Both the position numbers and the translations under genes were made by a program. A stretch of DNA of 64,000 bases from Alphaproteobacteria bacterium (GTDB lineage Bacteria; Pseudomonadota; Alphaproteobacteria; UBA7985), in assembly GCA_964228455.1 (NCBI GenBank), contig CAXQZM010000071.1:13310-77309 (forward strand), written 5' to 3'. The notes beneath the pieces were generated by a model. It saw only the letters and a list, made by a program, of their open reading frames with translations. It was not told where the DNA came from and searched no databases. Shown in pieces: positions 20,098 through 29,580 of the stretch; within the stretch, counting starts at the first letter, position 1; the number at the start of each line of letters is the position of its first letter.

Positions 20098-20912
20098 GTA
20101 AAAAGGGATTAGGAACCGGCCTATCCTCTCTTCTTGGAGAAGTTAGCGAAGAGAATGGTGAAGGGCTTACCACTTTGCCGATAGAGCGCTTGCAGCCTGG
20201 TCGGTTTCAACCCCGCCAAGTTTTCGATGATACTGCTTTAGATGAACTAGCTGATTCGATTGCTAATTCAGGCCTGCTCCAGCCACTAGTAGTTAGGGAA
20301 ATTGCAAAAGATAGGTATGAGATCATTGCCGGTGAGCGGCGATGGAGAGCTGCTCAGCGAGCCAGACTAGACCAGGTTTCAGCCATAATTCGAGAGTATG
20401 ATGATGAGCGCGCTTTAGAGCTATCGATAGTAGAGAATGTTCAGAGAGAGGATTTGGGTCCAGTCGAGGAGGCCCGCGGCTATCAGCGGTTACTTGACCA
20501 ATTTGGCCACACTCAAGCGACTGTAGCGGGGCTAGTAGGCAAGTCTCGACCTCATGTGGCGAATCTGCTGCGGCTCTTATCTTTGCCAACGGCTGTATTG
20601 GAAATGGTTCAGGCAGGTAGCTTATCAGCAGGACACGCCCGGGCTCTTATTGGCTATAAAGGAGCAGAGCCTTTAGCCCGAGAGATTATTTCCCGAGGCC
20701 TTAATGTTCGCCAGGTAGAGTCGATAGTAAAAGGTATATCTTCTCGTTCAATTCGAGGAGAAAAAAGTGCGGACATTCGCTTGCTGGAAGAAGATCTTAC
20801 ACAACAGCTAGGTTTATCGGTGCAGATTACATCGCGAGGCACGGGAGGAGAGTTGAAAATACGATTTGAGTCCAATCATCAACTCGATGCAGTAATCGAG
20901 AAGTTACGATAG
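20094..20912 (+). CDS. parB: Chromosome partitioning protein ParB
   Basis: ParB box (GERRWRAA), HTH and C-terminal dimerisation region. 4-bp overlap with parA. Confidence 0.9.
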   Translation: MSKKGLGTGLSSLLGEVSEENGEGLTTLPIERLQPGRFQPRQVFDDTALDELADSIANSGLLQPLVVREIAKDRYEIIAGERRWRAAQRARLDQVSAIIREYDDERALELSIVENVQREDLGPVEEARGYQRLLDQFGHTQATVAGLVGKSRPHVANLLRLLSLPTAVLEMVQAGSLSAGHARALIGYKGAEPLAREIISRGLNVRQVESIVKGISSRSIRGEKSADIRLLEEDLTQQLGLSVQITSRGTGGELKIRFESNHQLDAVIEKLR

Positions 20913-20993
20913 ACTCTTAGCAAATCACATCAGTTGCATGTTTTGCGTTTCTAACGCACCTAGTCAGCGCTGTTCTAGTTGCTTATCCCAGAT

Positions 20994-21986
20994 TTATCCT
21001 AAAGCTTTTTGATTAAGCGTTTCTTTAAATTTATTTAGAGCTTTGCCGCTGCCCATGTCATGTTTTGCGAGCACGCGTTGGATCGCTACCATACACTCAT
21101 CTCGTATAGCTTCTAACTCTCTCACAGTTTTGCCGTTTGCTTGAGCTTCTGTACCATCTGCAAATCGATCAATGATCGTATCTGTTAACTCCGGAGCCTT
21201 TAGGTGTGTCCATGGCAATTCAAGTGCTGGTCCAAACTGCTTAATAAAGTGCCTGGCGCCGCCTTCTCCACCTCCCAACATGTATATTTGGTTCATTCCC
21301 ATTATAGCCCATCTCAAGCCTGGCCCATAGACAATTGACTCATCTAGCTCACCAGTTGTTGCAATATCATCGTTTAAGGCGTGTAGGATTTCACGCCACA
21401 TTGCTTCTTGGAGACGATCTGAAATATGCCCTGGGACTTCTCGCTTTACCATCAAAGCGTGCATTCCAATCGACTCATAGAACTCTCTTGCCAGTAGTTT
21501 TGATTGTTCAGCGGTCTGAGCGCCCCCAACGATTTCAACTAACGGACAGAGATAGACTGGATTGAAAGGGTGTCCGACAAGGATGCGCTCCGGGTGCGTC
21601 ATTCCTTTTTGCAACTCCGATGGCATAAAACCGGATGTAGAGGAGGAAATTATTACATTCGCGGGGCTGATGGTAGTGAGCTGATTAAGGGCTTTACGCT
21701 TGGTTTCTAAAACTTCTGGAACATTTTCCTGAATAAAGTCAGCGCACGCCGCAAGCTCACCCAGATCATCTGTGAACTTAAGCCTCCCTTTAGGCGGAAG
21801 CTTCATGCCTTCTGTCAATTTACTCAGCCCACGCGCAGCTACCTCAAGGCTCCTCATCAGGACATCTTCCATTTCTGGGTTAATGTCATAAGCTACGACA
21901 TCATAACCCCCATGAAGTGCTCGGGCCGCCCAACCACCGCCGATGACACCAGTTCCAAGTAGGCCAAAGGATTTGATTTTAGACAT
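20994..21986 (-). CDS. L-carnitine dehydrogenase-like 3-hydroxyacyl-CoA dehydrogenase family protein
   Basis: 330 aa. GTGVIGGGWAARAL Rossmann N-terminus, HPERxLVGHPFNPVYLxPLVEIVGG and FGPALELPWT..APELT blocks closely matching characterised L-carnitine dehydrogenases. Confidence 0.65.
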   Translation of the reverse strand: MSKIKSFGLLGTGVIGGGWAARALHGGYDVVAYDINPEMEDVLMRSLEVAARGLSKLTEGMKLPPKGRLKFTDDLGELAACADFIQENVPEVLETKRKALNQLTTISPANVIISSSTSGFMPSELQKGMTHPERILVGHPFNPVYLCPLVEIVGGAQTAEQSKLLAREFYESIGMHALMVKREVPGHISDRLQEAMWREILHALNDDIATTGELDESIVYGPGLRWAIMGMNQIYMLGGGEGGARHFIKQFGPALELPWTHLKAPELTDTIIDRFADGTEAQANGKTVRELEAIRDECMVAIQRVLAKHDMGSGKALNKFKETLNQKALG

Positions 21987-22003
21987 AAATAAAGCTCTCT
22001 AAT

Positions 22004-22561
22004 TTATGGGTTCAGTATTCGATCAGCTACATCGCCTAGCGTGATTGCGCAGCCTGGTAAGGCCTCCTGCCAATCTCTGCTAGCGGCTTCGTCCGCGCAA
22101 TCTGTAACGTATTTAACAGCCCCAAATGGAACCGAGAAAGCGTTACATACCTTTGCTAAAGCAAAGGCTTCCATTTCTACCACCGATGGCCCTGTGGGAA
22201 GTAGGAGTGGGTCATCTAAAAACTGGTCATTTGTATAGCATGGCGCGTCAACTAGGCCATTAATTTGAATGTCATAGGTAGAATCTATTTGCGCTGGGAC
22301 ATTATCAAATGGCGTTTGACCTCTCCTAAAATCTAGACCCTCACATCGCATATCCCACTGGTTAAAATTAGTAGCACGAACCAAACTACCCTTTGGCAGA
22401 CCGACACCACCGGCTGATCCAAGATTAATTACAGCAGGTGGGTTTGGATTTTCTGCAAGAAAACGCGTTAGTGTTAAGGCGGCGTTTATCTTGCCCACTC
22501 CGGTAACTAGGGTATCGTAGCCCTGCAATTCGCCGGCCAACGCACATACAATGAGGACCAT
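22004..22561 (-). CDS. Short nucleoside-phosphorylase-family (PNP_UDP_1 / MTA-SAH nucleosidase-like) protein
   Basis: 185 aa. VEMEAFALAKVC resembles the MtnN catalytic-region motif. Shorter than canonical MTA nucleosidases. Confidence 0.5.
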   Translation of the reverse strand: MVLIVCALAGELQGYDTLVTGVGKINAALTLTRFLAENPNPPAVINLGSAGGVGLPKGSLVRATNFNQWDMRCEGLDFRRGQTPFDNVPAQIDSTYDIQINGLVDAPCYTNDQFLDDPLLLPTGPSVVEMEAFALAKVCNAFSVPFGAVKYVTDCADEAASRDWQEALPGCAITLGDVADRILNP

Positions 22562-22625
22562 TTCCCCCCCCTCATAAAAATTGCTTCAACCTTAGTCGGC
22601 TTTGATACCTACAGAATTTCTGGCT

Positions 22626-23000
22626 CTAGTTTTGTTGCTCATCCAGTACGTTTCTAGCATGGCGGAAGCATTCTAGTGCCTGTGGCACGCCACAGTATAT
22701 CCCAATAACGTGTATTGAAGCCCGAATTTCATCTTTGGTAACCCCATTATTTATTGCTCCACGCAAATGAAGTTCAAACTCATGCATTTTTCCAAGTGCA
22801 CCAAGCATTGAGAGGTTCATTAGGCTCCGAGTCTTCGGATTAAGAGCGTCGTCACCCCATCCAAAGCCCCAGCACCAAGCTGTCATCGCCTCTTGGAACG
22901 GTCGAGTAAAGTCATCAGCTGCTGCAAGGTTTTTATCTACATAGTCTTCGCCAAGGGTGGCTTTGCGTCGCTCTAGGCCAACGTCGAATTGTTTGTTCAT
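22626..23000 (-). CDS. Carboxymuconolactone decarboxylase (AhpD-like) family protein
   Basis: 124 aa. CMD-family helical fold motifs (HxxxA...GVTKDEI). Confidence 0.65.
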   Translation of the reverse strand: MNKQFDVGLERRKATLGEDYVDKNLAAADDFTRPFQEAMTAWCWGFGWGDDALNPKTRSLMNLSMLGALGKMHEFELHLRGAINNGVTKDEIRASIHVIGIYCGVPQALECFRHARNVLDEQQN

Positions 23001-23029
23001 GGCCGGTCTCCTTTTGGTTCTGTCTTACC

Positions 23030-23770
23030 TCAGCTTGAATTAAGCATCATTACAACTGGCTTATGGTCACTATAACCATTGAGGCCTAGTGGTCTAGTTG
23101 GCAGTAAAGACCAATCTTTAGGAGCCAGAATGTGATCAATCTCGCGCCTCATTACTGGTGCAATGTCAACATCCGCCGCTAGCTTTAACTTGGCTAGAAC
23201 AGTGTCACGAGCCTGACTTAGCACACGGTTGAAGTCCCCCATTAAGATTATGGGCAGACTTTGTATCTGCATCCATTCACAAAGCAAAGTAACTTGCAAA
23301 TCAAGAATTTTGCACGGTGCTCGCTTGTCTAGCCTCAGTTTGTCTCTGCAGCCAGATTTGAGGTGAAGACCTACCACAAGGAAACGGTCCTCCACACAAA
23401 GCACCACTGCGTCTCTTGCATAGTCATCGGCTCCGCTGACTTCAGAGAGCTTTAGATCAGGCAGCTGACGCACTAATAAGTTTGGTGCAATGGCGAAACC
23501 AACCCCGTGTTTTCTTTTATTGGCGGGCAATTCTGCATTTAGCCTGTATTCAGTGTAGTGTTGTCTGTTGGGACAAAGGTATTCTAAGCCCGATGTTCCC
23601 CCGATTTCTTGCAAGCACAATATATCTGCGTTCAATGACGTTACAGCATCCTTGGTTCTTTTAATCAGCCTCTCGTCACGGAGACGGCTTCTCTCCCCGT
23701 TCTTCCGGATAAGAAGTGGCTCATTTTGCTTGTGCCAAAAATGTTCAAGATTCCACGTTGCTAGTATCAC
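23030..23770 (-). CDS. Endonuclease/exonuclease/phosphatase (EEP) family protein
   Basis: 246 aa. N-terminal TWNLEHF and DILCLQE motifs of EEP hydrolases, C-terminal SDHKPV. Confidence 0.65.
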   Translation of the reverse strand: MILATWNLEHFWHKQNEPLLIRKNGERSRLRDERLIKRTKDAVTSLNADILCLQEIGGTSGLEYLCPNRQHYTEYRLNAELPANKRKHGVGFAIAPNLLVRQLPDLKLSEVSGADDYARDAVVLCVEDRFLVVGLHLKSGCRDKLRLDKRAPCKILDLQVTLLCEWMQIQSLPIILMGDFNRVLSQARDTVLAKLKLAADVDIAPVMRREIDHILAPKDWSLLPTRPLGLNGYSDHKPVVMMLNSS

Positions 23771-23901
23771 TTAATGAACCTAATGCAATTTCCACGCACT
23801 TTAGCGGGCATTCACCCTATTCGATAGACATTAATTAGCAGTGCGAATCGGCTTTGAATAATCATATAAGTGCGAAAAGGGCGCTTAATAGCCAAGGTCC
23901 A

Positions 23902-25668
23902 CTAAAGCGCCTCAAGCTCATCAATTAATCCACTAATAAAATCGAGCCCCTTAGACCAAAAGTCTGGATCAGTTGCGTCTAGATTGAAGGGTGCGAGCAA
24001 CTCACTGTGACGCTGCGATCCTCCTGCAGAAAGGAGCTCGAGGTATTTGTCTTCAAAGCCGTCAGGATTTGTTTCGTATTCCTGATAAAGTGCGTTTACC
24101 AAACAGTCACCAAACGCATACGCGTAAACGTAAAAAGGCGAGTGGATAAAGTGGGGAATATAAGACCAAAAGGCTCCATAATCATCATCGAAATCAAAAA
24201 CGGGTCCAAGCGAATTTTTAGCAATATCTAGCCAAATTTTATTTAGCTGGTCGGTGGAAAGCTCTCCTGTTTTCCGAGCCTGATGCACGGCCCATTCGAA
24301 CTCATGAAAGCTGATTTGACGAACTACTGTGTTGAGCATGTCCTCTACTTTTCCAGCAATTAAACGCTTGCGTTGCTCATCTGGTTGATCACGATCTAAA
24401 AGCGCTCGAAAAGTTAGCATCTCCCCAAACACTGATGCAGTTTCGGCCAGAGTTAAGGGGGTAGAAGATTTGAAAAGACCTTGGTTTGATGCGAGCCTCT
24501 GATGGACCCCATGGCCGAGTTCGTGCGCTAACGTCATAACATCTCTTACCTTACCTTGATAATTTAACATCAGGTAAGGATGAGCTGATGGGACGGTTGG
24601 GTGCGCGAATGCTCCAGGGGCCTTTCCCGGACGCGCGGGAACATCAATCCAGGCATTTTCAAAAAATGGCGCAGCCACTTTTGCTAGCTTTGGCGAAAAC
24701 TTTTCATAAGCTTTACGCACGGTGTCGACCGCCTCTGAATATGGAATTTCTCCGCTATCGGCCCCGGGAAGTGGAGCGTTACGGTCCCAATATCTTAGTG
24801 ATTCTAACCCTAGCCAGCTTGCCTTCATTTTGTAATATCTGTGGGCAAGCCGTTGGTATGAAGAGCTAACAGCTGTCACAAGTGCATCCACTACTTCATC
24901 TTCTACTGCATTATGTAAGTTCATTGTTTCCATGGGACTTTTGTGTCCTCGTGTTCGATCCTCGATCTCTTTAGCTTTAGCGAGAGTGTTAGTAATTAAT
25001 GTTAGGGTCGAGGATCGTTCAGCGAGTGCATTGGCTATAGTTTTGCCGGATTCCTCGCGAAGACTGCGATCGGAAGATTGCAAATTGTTAAGAGCCTGCT
25101 CAAGACTTAAACGCTCCCCTCGGACTTCAACTACCAGTGCAGCCATTGTTTCATCAAACAAGCGAACAAAGCCGGCCCTTGTCGTGCTGCTTTCTTGGGC
25201 AATGTAAGTTTCAAGATCTTTTGCTAGGCGATAAGCAGCAAAGGGACGAATATTTGTATCGATCCAAGAGGCGTATTTAGAGGCTTCAGGATCTTTTAGT
25301 TTTGCATCTAGGTCGTCAACTTCCATGGACTGAAGTTCTAAGGTAAAAAACAATGTAGGCTCTAGAGCTTCGGTCATCTGTTCGTTTAGAGACTGCCTAA
25401 ACCTTCCTCGTTCAGGGTCGGTAACTTGCCCAGCGAAGTGCAAAAAGGCAAAACTACTAATTCGGCCAGCAAGTTCAGAGATTTCTTCTAACTCTGCAAT
25501 AGCAAACCCAAGGTTGGTGCCATTCAGTTTGGCCACTTTATTTTCATAAGATTCTGCAAACGCACGGGCTTTGCTCGACAAGAGCGATATGTCCAATTTA
25601 ATTTTTGGATCCTCGGCACTGTCATAAAGGTCTGTAAGGTCCCATGTCGGAAGGTTGTGATCTAACAT
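23902..25668 (-). CDS. pepF: M3-family oligoendopeptidase (PepF-like)
   Basis: 588 aa. HELGHGVH zinc site, M3B length and architecture. Confidence 0.8.
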   Translation of the reverse strand: MLDHNLPTWDLTDLYDSAEDPKIKLDISLLSSKARAFAESYENKVAKLNGTNLGFAIAELEEISELAGRISSFAFLHFAGQVTDPERGRFRQSLNEQMTEALEPTLFFTLELQSMEVDDLDAKLKDPEASKYASWIDTNIRPFAAYRLAKDLETYIAQESSTTRAGFVRLFDETMAALVVEVRGERLSLEQALNNLQSSDRSLREESGKTIANALAERSSTLTLITNTLAKAKEIEDRTRGHKSPMETMNLHNAVEDEVVDALVTAVSSSYQRLAHRYYKMKASWLGLESLRYWDRNAPLPGADSGEIPYSEAVDTVRKAYEKFSPKLAKVAAPFFENAWIDVPARPGKAPGAFAHPTVPSAHPYLMLNYQGKVRDVMTLAHELGHGVHQRLASNQGLFKSSTPLTLAETASVFGEMLTFRALLDRDQPDEQRKRLIAGKVEDMLNTVVRQISFHEFEWAVHQARKTGELSTDQLNKIWLDIAKNSLGPVFDFDDDYGAFWSYIPHFIHSPFYVYAYAFGDCLVNALYQEYETNPDGFEDKYLELLSAGGSQRHSELLAPFNLDATDPDFWSKGLDFISGLIDELEAL

Positions 25669-25750
25669 TCTGTCTCTCTCAAGTTGCTATTAGCTAATGC
25701 ACTTAAATCATTATGGATGCGAGGTAGTAAGCAGCTCGAAGCCCAAGGAT

Positions 25751-26467
25751 TTAAATGGCTGAATGAATCTGATCTAGTATTGCCGATGCTGCGTCCAAGG
25801 GGTTGGGTGCGCCTAATATTGGTCGACCTATAACAAGTGCATCCGCGCCCGCTTTAATGGCTTCTTTTGGAGTAGTAATTCTCACCTGGTCATCAACTGC
25901 ACTGCCAACAGGACGAATCCCAGGGGTAATTATAAGTGGGGTGTCACCGAACCTCTTTCTCAGTGCTGCGACTTCTAATGGACTTGCAATTAAGCCGTGA
26001 GCGCCTGCGTTCAATGCCTGAGTTGAGCGAACCAAAACCTGATCTGCTATATTACTTTTTATTCCATCTTTTTCGAGGTCGATTTTATCCATTGAGGTCA
26101 GCACTGTGACGCCTAAAATCTTAAGATCGGTTCCCTCTGCACCTGTTACCGCACCTTTAATATTTTGATAGTTTGCATGCGCGGTCATGCACCAAAAGCC
26201 ATTGTGAGCAAGAGATCGCGTCCCGCCCTCCACAGTTTTTGGGATATCATGGAGTTTTGCATCTAGAAAAACCTTTACTCCTTGCCGTGCCAGGTTGCGA
26301 GCAAGGTCAAGACCACCGCTAAATATGTTATGGTATCCAAACTTAAAAACAGGAGAAAGATCAGTTAATTCGTCAACAAGACGTTTAGCTTTGTCTAAAT
26401 CGCGGACATCCATCGCAACTATTAGACGGTCACTGAGAGAAAGGTTTACAGATTCTTGGCGTTGCAT
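25751..26467 (-). CDS. pyrF: Orotidine 5'-phosphate decarboxylase
   Basis: 238 aa. LIVAMDV...DAKLHDIP motifs. Confidence 0.9.
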   Translation of the reverse strand: MQRQESVNLSLSDRLIVAMDVRDLDKAKRLVDELTDLSPVFKFGYHNIFSGGLDLARNLARQGVKVFLDAKLHDIPKTVEGGTRSLAHNGFWCMTAHANYQNIKGAVTGAEGTDLKILGVTVLTSMDKIDLEKDGIKSNIADQVLVRSTQALNAGAHGLIASPLEVAALRKRFGDTPLIITPGIRPVGSAVDDQVRITTPKEAIKAGADALVIGRPILGAPNPLDAASAILDQIHSAI

Positions 26468-26536
26468 CGCTCTGTCCTAAATGGTTAAGGAAGGTGTCGT
26501 TGTAGGTAAGCTTACGACAAACCGGAGGGGAAAGTC

Positions 26537-28357
26537 ATGTCTGATCATTTCGAAATTTATCGTAAAGCGCAATCATTGCCTGCTTTGTTTTTTAATTCAT
26601 CAAAGAATCGACAGGAAAAGCCATTTCTTTGGACCAAAAAAAACGGTGTTTATGAGTCCGAAACCTGGGGCTCTGTAGAGGCTGATATTCTTGCATTAGC
26701 TAAAGCTTTAAAAGGAATGGGTGTTTCGCCTGGGGACCGCGTGGCCTTAGTTTCGGAAAACCGAAGTGAATGGCCTATCTCTGATCTCGCCATCATGACC
26801 TCAGGTGCTGTAACAGTTCCTTCCTATACCACTAATACGACGTCGGAACACTTGCATGTTCTCACTAACTCAGGGTCTGTAGGGGTAATTGTTTCCACGA
26901 AGGAGATGGCTGAGCGGGTCATGCCTGCAGCTATCGAAGCGCCAGCTGTAAAGTTTGTTGTATGCATGGAAATGATTACCGTCCGTCAAAAGCATTCTTT
27001 GGATATTCAATCGTACAAAGACGTGCTTGAAAGAGGCGCTGCGATGTCAGAGACCGCAGAGGAGTTACTTGGTTCTCTTAAACGTGGCGAGTTGGCGACC
27101 ATTATTTACACTTCAGGTACAGGTGGCACCCCTAAGGGGGTAATGCTAAGCCACGGGGCAATTATTTCAAATTGCATGGGCGCACACGATGTACTGGCAA
27201 GTGGTTGGAGTCTAGGCGATGAGTCATTTTTATCTTTTTTGCCGTTATCGCATGCATATGAGAGAATGGCAGGCCAGTTCTTTCCAATCGCAATTGGGGC
27301 TGAAATCTATTATGCGGAGAGCATCGATAAGCTTGTCGATAACTTAGGAGAAGCTAAGCCTACAATAATGACGGCTGTTCCAAGGCTGTTTGAAGCGATG
27401 CGGATGCGCTTAATACGGGCGCTGAAAGACATGTCCCCCTTTCGACAACGTTTATTTAATGCGGCGGTAGAGCTGGGCACCAAAAGGGCAAAGGGCGAGA
27501 CGTTAACTTTTAAAGAAAGGCTCCTAGATTTATTTGTTGAGAAAGCAGTTCGCCAAGGACGGGTTAAATCTCGGTTTGGAGGTCGGCTCAAGGCATTGGT
27601 TTCGGGTGGGGCTGCTCTTAACGAGCAAGTTGGATTATATTTTAAGGCTATAGGGGTCGAGATACTGCAAGGTTACGGCCAGACTGAGGCCGCGCCATTA
27701 ATTTCTGTAAACCGACGACACAACTCTACTCTTGAGTCGGTGGGCCCCGCTGTCAAGGGCGTTGAGGTAAAAATCGCAGAAGATGGCGAAATTCTTGCTC
27801 GTGGTGAACTTGTGATGATGGGGTACTGGCAGAATGAGGAAGCAACGAAATCAACAGTATCGGAAGATGGCTGGCTTCATACTGGAGACATTGGCATTAT
27901 CGATGATCAAAATCGAATAGTTATTACGGATCGTAAGAAGGACATTATTGTTCTCTCCGGAGGCGACAATATCAGCCCAATGAGAGTCGAGGGATTCTTG
28001 ACCTTGGAGGCAGAGATTGGTCAAGCCATGGTAATTGGAGATAAGCAGCCGCATGCAGTGGCCTTGTTGGCTCCCGATCCTGACTTCTTGCGTGATTGGA
28101 AACGGGCAACTGGGAAATCTGGCACCTTAGAGGAGTTATCTACTGATCCCGATCTGCTAAAAGTCATGGGCGAGGCAGTTAATCGAGTTAATAACAACCT
28201 CTCCAATATTGAGCGCATTAGAAAATTCATGCTCGCTGATCAGGAATTTACTACAGAAAATGAACTAATGACGCCCAGTATGAAGATAAGGCGCCATAAA
28301 ATTCTAGATATATATCGAGATCAGCTTAGTCAGCTTTTTCCCGCCAAGAAAAAATAA
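26537..28357 (+). CDS. Long-chain-fatty-acid--CoA ligase (AMP-dependent synthetase/ligase)
   Basis: 606 aa. AMP-binding motif IYTSGTGGTPKGVMLSH, GYGQTE, C-terminal lid domain. Confidence 0.8.
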   Translation: MSDHFEIYRKAQSLPALFFNSSKNRQEKPFLWTKKNGVYESETWGSVEADILALAKALKGMGVSPGDRVALVSENRSEWPISDLAIMTSGAVTVPSYTTNTTSEHLHVLTNSGSVGVIVSTKEMAERVMPAAIEAPAVKFVVCMEMITVRQKHSLDIQSYKDVLERGAAMSETAEELLGSLKRGELATIIYTSGTGGTPKGVMLSHGAIISNCMGAHDVLASGWSLGDESFLSFLPLSHAYERMAGQFFPIAIGAEIYYAESIDKLVDNLGEAKPTIMTAVPRLFEAMRMRLIRALKDMSPFRQRLFNAAVELGTKRAKGETLTFKERLLDLFVEKAVRQGRVKSRFGGRLKALVSGGAALNEQVGLYFKAIGVEILQGYGQTEAAPLISVNRRHNSTLESVGPAVKGVEVKIAEDGEILARGELVMMGYWQNEEATKSTVSEDGWLHTGDIGIIDDQNRIVITDRKKDIIVLSGGDNISPMRVEGFLTLEAEIGQAMVIGDKQPHAVALLAPDPDFLRDWKRATGKSGTLEELSTDPDLLKVMGEAVNRVNNNLSNIERIRKFMLADQEFTTENELMTPSMKIRRHKILDIYRDQLSQLFPAKKK

Positions 28358-28403
28358 ATCGATGGAGCCTTCTTCCGATTAGGTAGAGTTTAGGCTTTAT
28401 GGT

Positions 28404-29507
28404 TTATACTCGCATTGGCATGAGCACATAAAGCGCGCTGGTGTCGGTGGGGTCGCTTACGAGAGTAGGCTTGCTAGCTTCCGCTAACTGGAAGCGCGCT
28501 GTGTCACCTTTTAGTTCGCGCAATATATCCAGTAAATAACGGGCATTAAAGCCAATTTCCATTGGAGCACCATCGTAGTCACCTTCAACGTGCTCGGTTG
28601 CCGTCCCAGACTCCGCGCTATTAGCTTGAATTGTAACGGATCCAGCCTGGACAATAATTTTTACAGCGCGTGTTCGGTCTGCCGCAACAATTGATACGCG
28701 ATCCACAGCAGCCATGAAGGCATCTGTGTCGACAATTAATGTAGTGTCATTTCCAGTTGGTATAACTTGTTGGTAGTCCGGATAAGTTCCATCAATTAAT
28801 TTAGAAATTAACTGCACATTGCCTTTTGAAACTTGGATTTTCGTGGGGGAAATACCGATATCGAGCTGACCGTCGCCATCAGCTAATTTCCGGATTTCCG
28901 ATATCGTCTTCGCTGGGATGATAATCCCATCTAGCCCCTCCGACCCACGCGGCGCTGTTAAGGCAACCTTCGCGAGCCGGTGTCCATCTGTTGCTACTCC
29001 AGTAAGGGTCGAATCAGCAGCGTGTAAATAGATGCCCGTCAAATAGTAACGTGTGCCTTCACGTGAAATAGCAAAACGTGTCTTGTCTATTAATGCCCCG
29101 AAGTCAGCGCCTTTCATCTGGAACTGAATTGGCATAGCCTCTGTTGCAACTACTGGAAAATCTTCTCTCGGCAGGGTGGATAAAGAGAAATCAGACCTGC
29201 CAGCTTGCAATCTTAAGCGGCCTGTCTCGCCATCTAATTGCAAGGCGATTTCGAGGCCTTCTGGTAATTTACCCAAAATTTCATGGAAAAGAGCAGCAGG
29301 TACGGTGGTGGCGCCAGGCACATTTACCGTGCACGGAACTATTTCAACCATCGAAACGTCCATATCCGTTGCAGTAAGTCGCAGCTGACCTTGGTCAGCC
29401 TCCAAGAGCACATTACCCAAAATTGGGATTGTGTTTCGCTTCTCTGTAACGGACTGAACGTGAGCTATAGCTTTGGCGAGGTGAGTGCGTTCAATAGTGA
29501 TTTGCAT
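28404..29507 (-). CDS. dnaN: DNA polymerase III beta sliding clamp
   Basis: 367 aa, three-domain clamp. N-terminus MQITIERTHLAKAIAHVQSV..RNTIPIL. Confidence 0.9.
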   Translation of the reverse strand: MQITIERTHLAKAIAHVQSVTEKRNTIPILGNVLLEADQGQLRLTATDMDVSMVEIVPCTVNVPGATTVPAALFHEILGKLPEGLEIALQLDGETGRLRLQAGRSDFSLSTLPREDFPVVATEAMPIQFQMKGADFGALIDKTRFAISREGTRYYLTGIYLHAADSTLTGVATDGHRLAKVALTAPRGSEGLDGIIIPAKTISEIRKLADGDGQLDIGISPTKIQVSKGNVQLISKLIDGTYPDYQQVIPTGNDTTLIVDTDAFMAAVDRVSIVAADRTRAVKIIVQAGSVTIQANSAESGTATEHVEGDYDGAPMEIGFNARYLLDILRELKGDTARFQLAEASKPTLVSDPTDTSALYVLMPMRV

Positions 29508-29580
29508 GAAAGTTCTTTCGGGGGATTTTCTTCGAAAGGCAAGCCCGGGTTTATATTTTATGGTAACTGGTCTGCTTTCT

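Noticed and set aside
19264-20912. Search for parS (TGTTTCACGTGAAACA-like) sites around parAB
   Set aside because: I saw no convincing 16-bp parS palindrome by eye in or around parAB, but my visual scan is not exhaustive. I am leaving it as unconfirmed rather than calling a site.
20913-20993. Two DnaA-box-like 9-mers (TTATCCCAG, TTATCCTAA) in the parB-downstream intergenic region; possible oriC
   Set aside because: There are only two imperfect (7/9) boxes in an 81-bp spacer that is not AT-rich and has no DUE-like element. That is too little to call an origin. It needs a GC-skew and box-cluster analysis of the full replicon.
23771-23901. Hairpin GGCGCTT...AAGCGCC downstream of pepF as a terminator
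   Set aside because: The 7-bp stem encloses an 18-nt loop and lacks a U-tract on the relevant strand, so it is a weak terminator candidate.
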